From: Camelus dromedarius
Lineage: Eukaryota
Assembly: GCF_036321535.1 (NCBI RefSeq)
Contig: NC_087437.1
Coordinates: forward strand, 51,400,001 to 51,460,000
Length of the DNA: 60,000 nt
Direction of reading: 5' to 3'
Part shown: one piece after another, positions 56,430-60,000 of the stretch
Layout of the letters: the number at the start of each line of letters is the position of its first letter
How positions within the stretch are numbered: position 1 is the stretch's first letter
Notes under the pieces: generated by a model
What the model saw: only the letters and a program-made list of their open reading frames with translations
What the model was told of the DNA's origin: nothing
The model's database searches: none
Translations under genes and position numbers: made by a program

Positions 56430-58230
56430 GGCGCAGACTGAGCCCCTCTGCTGCACTTGCCCGACGCCTCATTTCCTGAAGGACGGAAAGGGTGGGGCCT
56501 TGGAGGCCTCCGTCCGGCACTGGTAGGGGGCTGTGCGGCGGCGGGGACGCTGTCCCTGCACTGCGGTGCCAGGTCTGGCCCTAGCGGCCAGGGCTGCCGC
56601 GGAGGCGGTACCGCGCCCGAAGTGGGCGGGGAGCAGCAGCCCCGCCGCAGCGGCAGGCGGGGCCGATGCGGGCTGGAGGGGCGGCCTTCCGAGCGGGGGC
56701 GGGACCAGCACCCGCAGGGCCGACGCCCCTGCGCGGATTCAGAGCCTCCGCAGCGGGAGTCCAGAGCGGGCGCCCAGCAGGTGCCCAGACTGAGTGTGGC
56801 CCTGGTCCCAGAGGCGGCACAATCCACCCTGGTCCCGTCGTGGCTCCCAGAACTCCGCAGAGGACGGGACGGTGAGGCTGGGGCTGACGGTTGGGAGGGG
56901 GAAGATCCCTAGACCCAGCCTGCAGCATCCCTTGACGGCTCAGCTGTGGGGTCCGCGGCACTAGCTGCCGCACCCCACCCCCAAATCAGTCCCGCCAGCG
57001 TGGGGAGATGCCCTGGACGAATCCCACGGAATCCCCCTGCCTCTACACCTCTCCCGGTGTTGCTTCCCCCGTAAGACCTCCTCCTTTCGCGTCCTATCTA
57101 GTTCTTCCCAACCCAACCCCCTCCACTCCCGCCTGCAGTCCCTCTCAGCGCCCCTCACAATTGAGGCGCCGGAGAGAAAACTGCGGCCCTTCAGCTCCTC
57201 ATTCCACCCCTCCCCTGCTATCCCTTGCTGGGCTAGGGGCACCCAGGAGGATGCTGGCCCTTTAAAGCCTTGTTCCCAACCTAGAGCATCTTCCATCTCT
57301 CCACCCGCTCCACTTCCAACAGCTGGCAGCCGCGGGGAGCCCCGGGGGGGCCGGCAGGTATGGGGGTGGCGGTGAGGCCCAGGAAGGGGTGATGGAACAG
57401 CTGTGACACCCTCCTCCCCTCCGCCCCTAGAGGAGCCGGCGGCGGGACTGCTGGGCGCCCGGAGCGCCAGTTAAATATTAACCCTCCGCTCCCCGGGTCC
57501 ACGCGCTGCCTGGAGCTGCGCTCCGCCCTGGCTTCCCAGGTAACGGTTGAGGATGCCCATCTCTCCATCTCAGCCCTGCCTCCCTCCCTACGCCACCTGT
57601 CCTCTGGACCGGAGCCTCCGGCTCAGCCTGGCGTCCCCTGCTTGTCCGCTTCCCAGTGCCCGAGTTAGATTCTCCCAGCCGGCTTTCAGGAGGGCGGGGC
57701 GCCCTAGACTCACCCTGCGCAGCCTTCATCGAGCACCCCTTTCCCCAGGGGCACCATGCCTGGCCTGTACTGCCCCTCCAGCTGGACGCCGCTGCCCCTC
57801 ACGGACTCCTGGGTCCGGGCCTGCGCCAACGGACCCTGTCTCAGCCTGCGGGCCCGGCTCACCTACCACAACCCGCAGCCGCAGCCAGTGGACGGTGAGG
57901 CCTCGGCGGGGGCGCAGGGTGGTGGGGACCGCCTGCCTGGCAGGCATGGTCCGACATCGCTTGTGTGTCCATTCCTCACCAGGCGTGTTCGTGTATCCGC
58001 TGGCCGAGGCCGAAGTGGTTTCGGGCTTCGAGGCAGAGGCGGCAGGACGGCGCGTCTCCTTCCAGCTGCAGAGCCGGCGCCGCTCGCAGGCCGCCTGCTG
58101 CCGCGCGCTGGGTCCCGCGCTGGGGGCCTCAACGCCCCGCCGCTGCGCGCAGGGTGAGTCCGGGGCGCCCCCACCCCGCCTCCCTGAAAGCCAGCCACAC
58201 TCTAGTTCCTGCACCCGCTCTGCATCCCGC
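56430..58230. promoter_or_regulatory. VWA5B2 CpG island / promoter region (bipartite)
   Basis: CpG-dense blocks at about 56430-56960 and 57330-58230; candidate non-coding-exon donor CCAG|gtaacg at 57539/57540 and acceptor ttccccag|G at 57748/57749. Confidence 0.75.
57756..58153 (+). CDS. VWA5B2: von Willebrand factor A domain-containing 5B2, 5' partial (VIT-like domain); join(57756-57894,57983-58153), gene continues beyond the window
   Basis: MPGLYCPSSWTPLPLTDSWVRACANGPCLSLRARLTYHNPQPQPVD|GVFVYPLAEAEVVSGFEAEAAGRRVSFQLQ... with phase-consistent GT-AG junctions; start context gcaccATG; position downstream of ABCF3 fits synteny. Confidence 0.93.
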
Positions 58231-58849
58231 CCCTCCCTGTCCCCACTCCAGCCACTGTTTTTTTCATTCATTAATTCATCCCTTTATTTGACAGTCGAGG
58301 ACTGGGCACCTGACATGCGCCAGGGGGAATGAGAGCCAGGCCCAACCCGAGGTTTGCAGCCAGGTAGACAGACACGGCGGGCAGTCCACACGCCTCTCTC
58401 CCTCTCTGGAGCTTTAGCTCCTGAGCCTAGGACAGGGTTTTGGTCATCTCCAAGCCCCAGCATCTTGCACAGAATGTGGCACAAGGGGGCTCCGTGCGTG
58501 CTCGGTGAGGGAATGGAAGCCCGCCCTTCTGCTAGGTTTTGTGGCTTGCACTTCATTCCTTCATGTATTTATTTATACATTCATTTGATTCCTGCACATG
58601 GGATTTACCATCTGGGTAAGAAGAGGGACAGAATCCAGTGGTGTTGAGAGTTGGCATAAGCCCAGCAGGTAGTTAGAAGCTAGAGTGAGCTCTGGGCTGA
58701 GGCCCGAGGAATATTCCAGAAGGAAACGGAGCCAGCATTTGACTGAAAGGCAGGGTGGGTTGTACTGCTGTGGAGGGGATAGGAAAGACACTTCAGGCAG
58801 GGGCAATGATGTAAGCAAAAGTTTGGAAGTAAGTGATTCTGGGTAATGG

Positions 58850-59170
58850 TAATAAAATACTTCGTGTTTATACTGATTCACAGTTGACAAAGCCCAGTCA
58901 CTGGTGTCATGTCATTTGAATCCAGAGAGGTATGTAACGCAAGTGTTGTCCTCCTTCCCCTTTTCATAGATGACAAAAGTAACAGCAACAGCCTCTTATG
59001 TGTTGGATGCTTTGCGTGTATTATCTCATTCATCCTCACCACAGTCTTTGAAATTTAGTTATTATGACCCCCATTTTATAAATGAAGAAACTGAGGCTCC
59101 TCTAATCAAGAGAGTTACCAAAGGACAGAATTAAAAGTCACAGAGCGGAGTCTCAAAACCTGGCACTGTG
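58850..59170 (-). mobile_element. MIR SINE fragments in a VWA5B2 intron
   Basis: ccccattttataaatgaagaaactgaggct core. Confidence 0.75.
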
Positions 59171-60000
59171 CTCTGTCCCAAGCCCCAGCTGCCTGGGATG
59201 GAAGCCACTTTCTTTCTTCTTAACTTCCTTTTTTCCCTCCATTTTTTTCTTCCCTTCATTTATTCAGCAAGCATTTTTCCAAAGAATGGATAAATTATTA
59301 TTGCAGGGAAATGAGGTGAAGGAGGGCTGTAAAGGTAGGCTGGTGACCTTGACTGCTACTGTTTACACCTGGCCATTTTTCCTTTAGCAGCAGTGGTGAC
59401 ATGGTGCCCAGGACTCCACCAGTCCCCAAACAAACCCACAATCTAAGTAAAATGGTGTGCTTGATATTCAAATGTCTTCCAGCTAGCTTCTAAGTAGATT
59501 ACTGTTCCTGAACCCCTCTTCAGTAGAAAATTCTGGAGCCACTCCTAGTGGGCTGTGGGGAGCCCCTGACCATTCATGAGCAGGGGATCTGTGAGCAGGG
59601 TGGGCCCCAGGCTATGGGAGATGTCAGTGAGGGTTCTTTAGGAAGATGATGCCCAAGGGTTGAATGGACTGGAGCAGGTAAAGGAAGAGGGACAGAGGGT
59701 ATGGGAACCCCAGGACCTCGGGGGTGGTGTGGACATGCCCCCTCTTCCTCCTCAGCCCTCCAATAGTAGCAGTGTCACTGCTGCCTTTCCTGATGACAGC
59801 CAGATCTTTCTACCATCAACCTGCCTCTCTTTCTACCATCATTCATCTCATGCCTCCATCCTGCATCACCAGTGCATTAGCCCAGCATCCCTCCAACCTC
59901 ATAGAGTCCCCCTTGCCCAAGCTTCCCTGACTCAGTGCCTGCTCCCACCCCTATCTTCCCCCATCTCCCCTGCTTCCAGCCCCCTCTGACCCCCTTCCTC

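Noticed and set aside
56545..56575. REST/RE1-like half site (GACGCTGTCC) near VWA5B2
   Set aside because: Only one half matches; the second half and spacing are poor.
57547..58332. 261-aa ORF overlapping VWA5B2
   Set aside because: Only the 57983-58153 part is true exon; the rest is read-through of GC-rich UTR and intron.

Overview
Mammalian genomic DNA, GC-rich and gene-dense on the left and L1-rich between about 44.7 and 54 kb. It carries four spliced protein-coding genes, all on the + strand, in the order DVL3 - AP2M1 - ABCF3 - VWA5B2, which matches the order I recall for human 3q27. Three are complete and I reconstructed them exon by exon at GT-AG boundaries: DVL3 (15 coding exons, 716 aa), AP2M1 (435 aa including the 6-nt HQ microexon) and ABCF3 (21 exons, 709 aa). 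Only the first two coding exons of VWA5B2 fall in the window. Three tRNA-Ala-derived SINEs resembling camelid Vic-1 suggest a camel, alpaca or llama genome. The rest is CpG islands, MIR/L2/L1/MaLR relics, a MITE and microsatellites. I see no new multi-gene system. The best leads are regulatory. (1) AP2M1 intron 2 has a 6-nt microexon candidate with SRRM4/NOVA/RBFOX-type signals and a nearby 54-nt candidate exon or MARE enhancer. (2) A strong-context uORF lies in frame with AP2M1. (3) The DVL3 'Robinow' alternative frame is open and reachable through built-in cryptic acceptors, and intron 14 is in frame and stop-free. (4) An unusually well-preserved MIR may supply the distal DVL3 poly(A) signal. 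(5) Degenerate motif arrays sit at the edges of the CpG islands.
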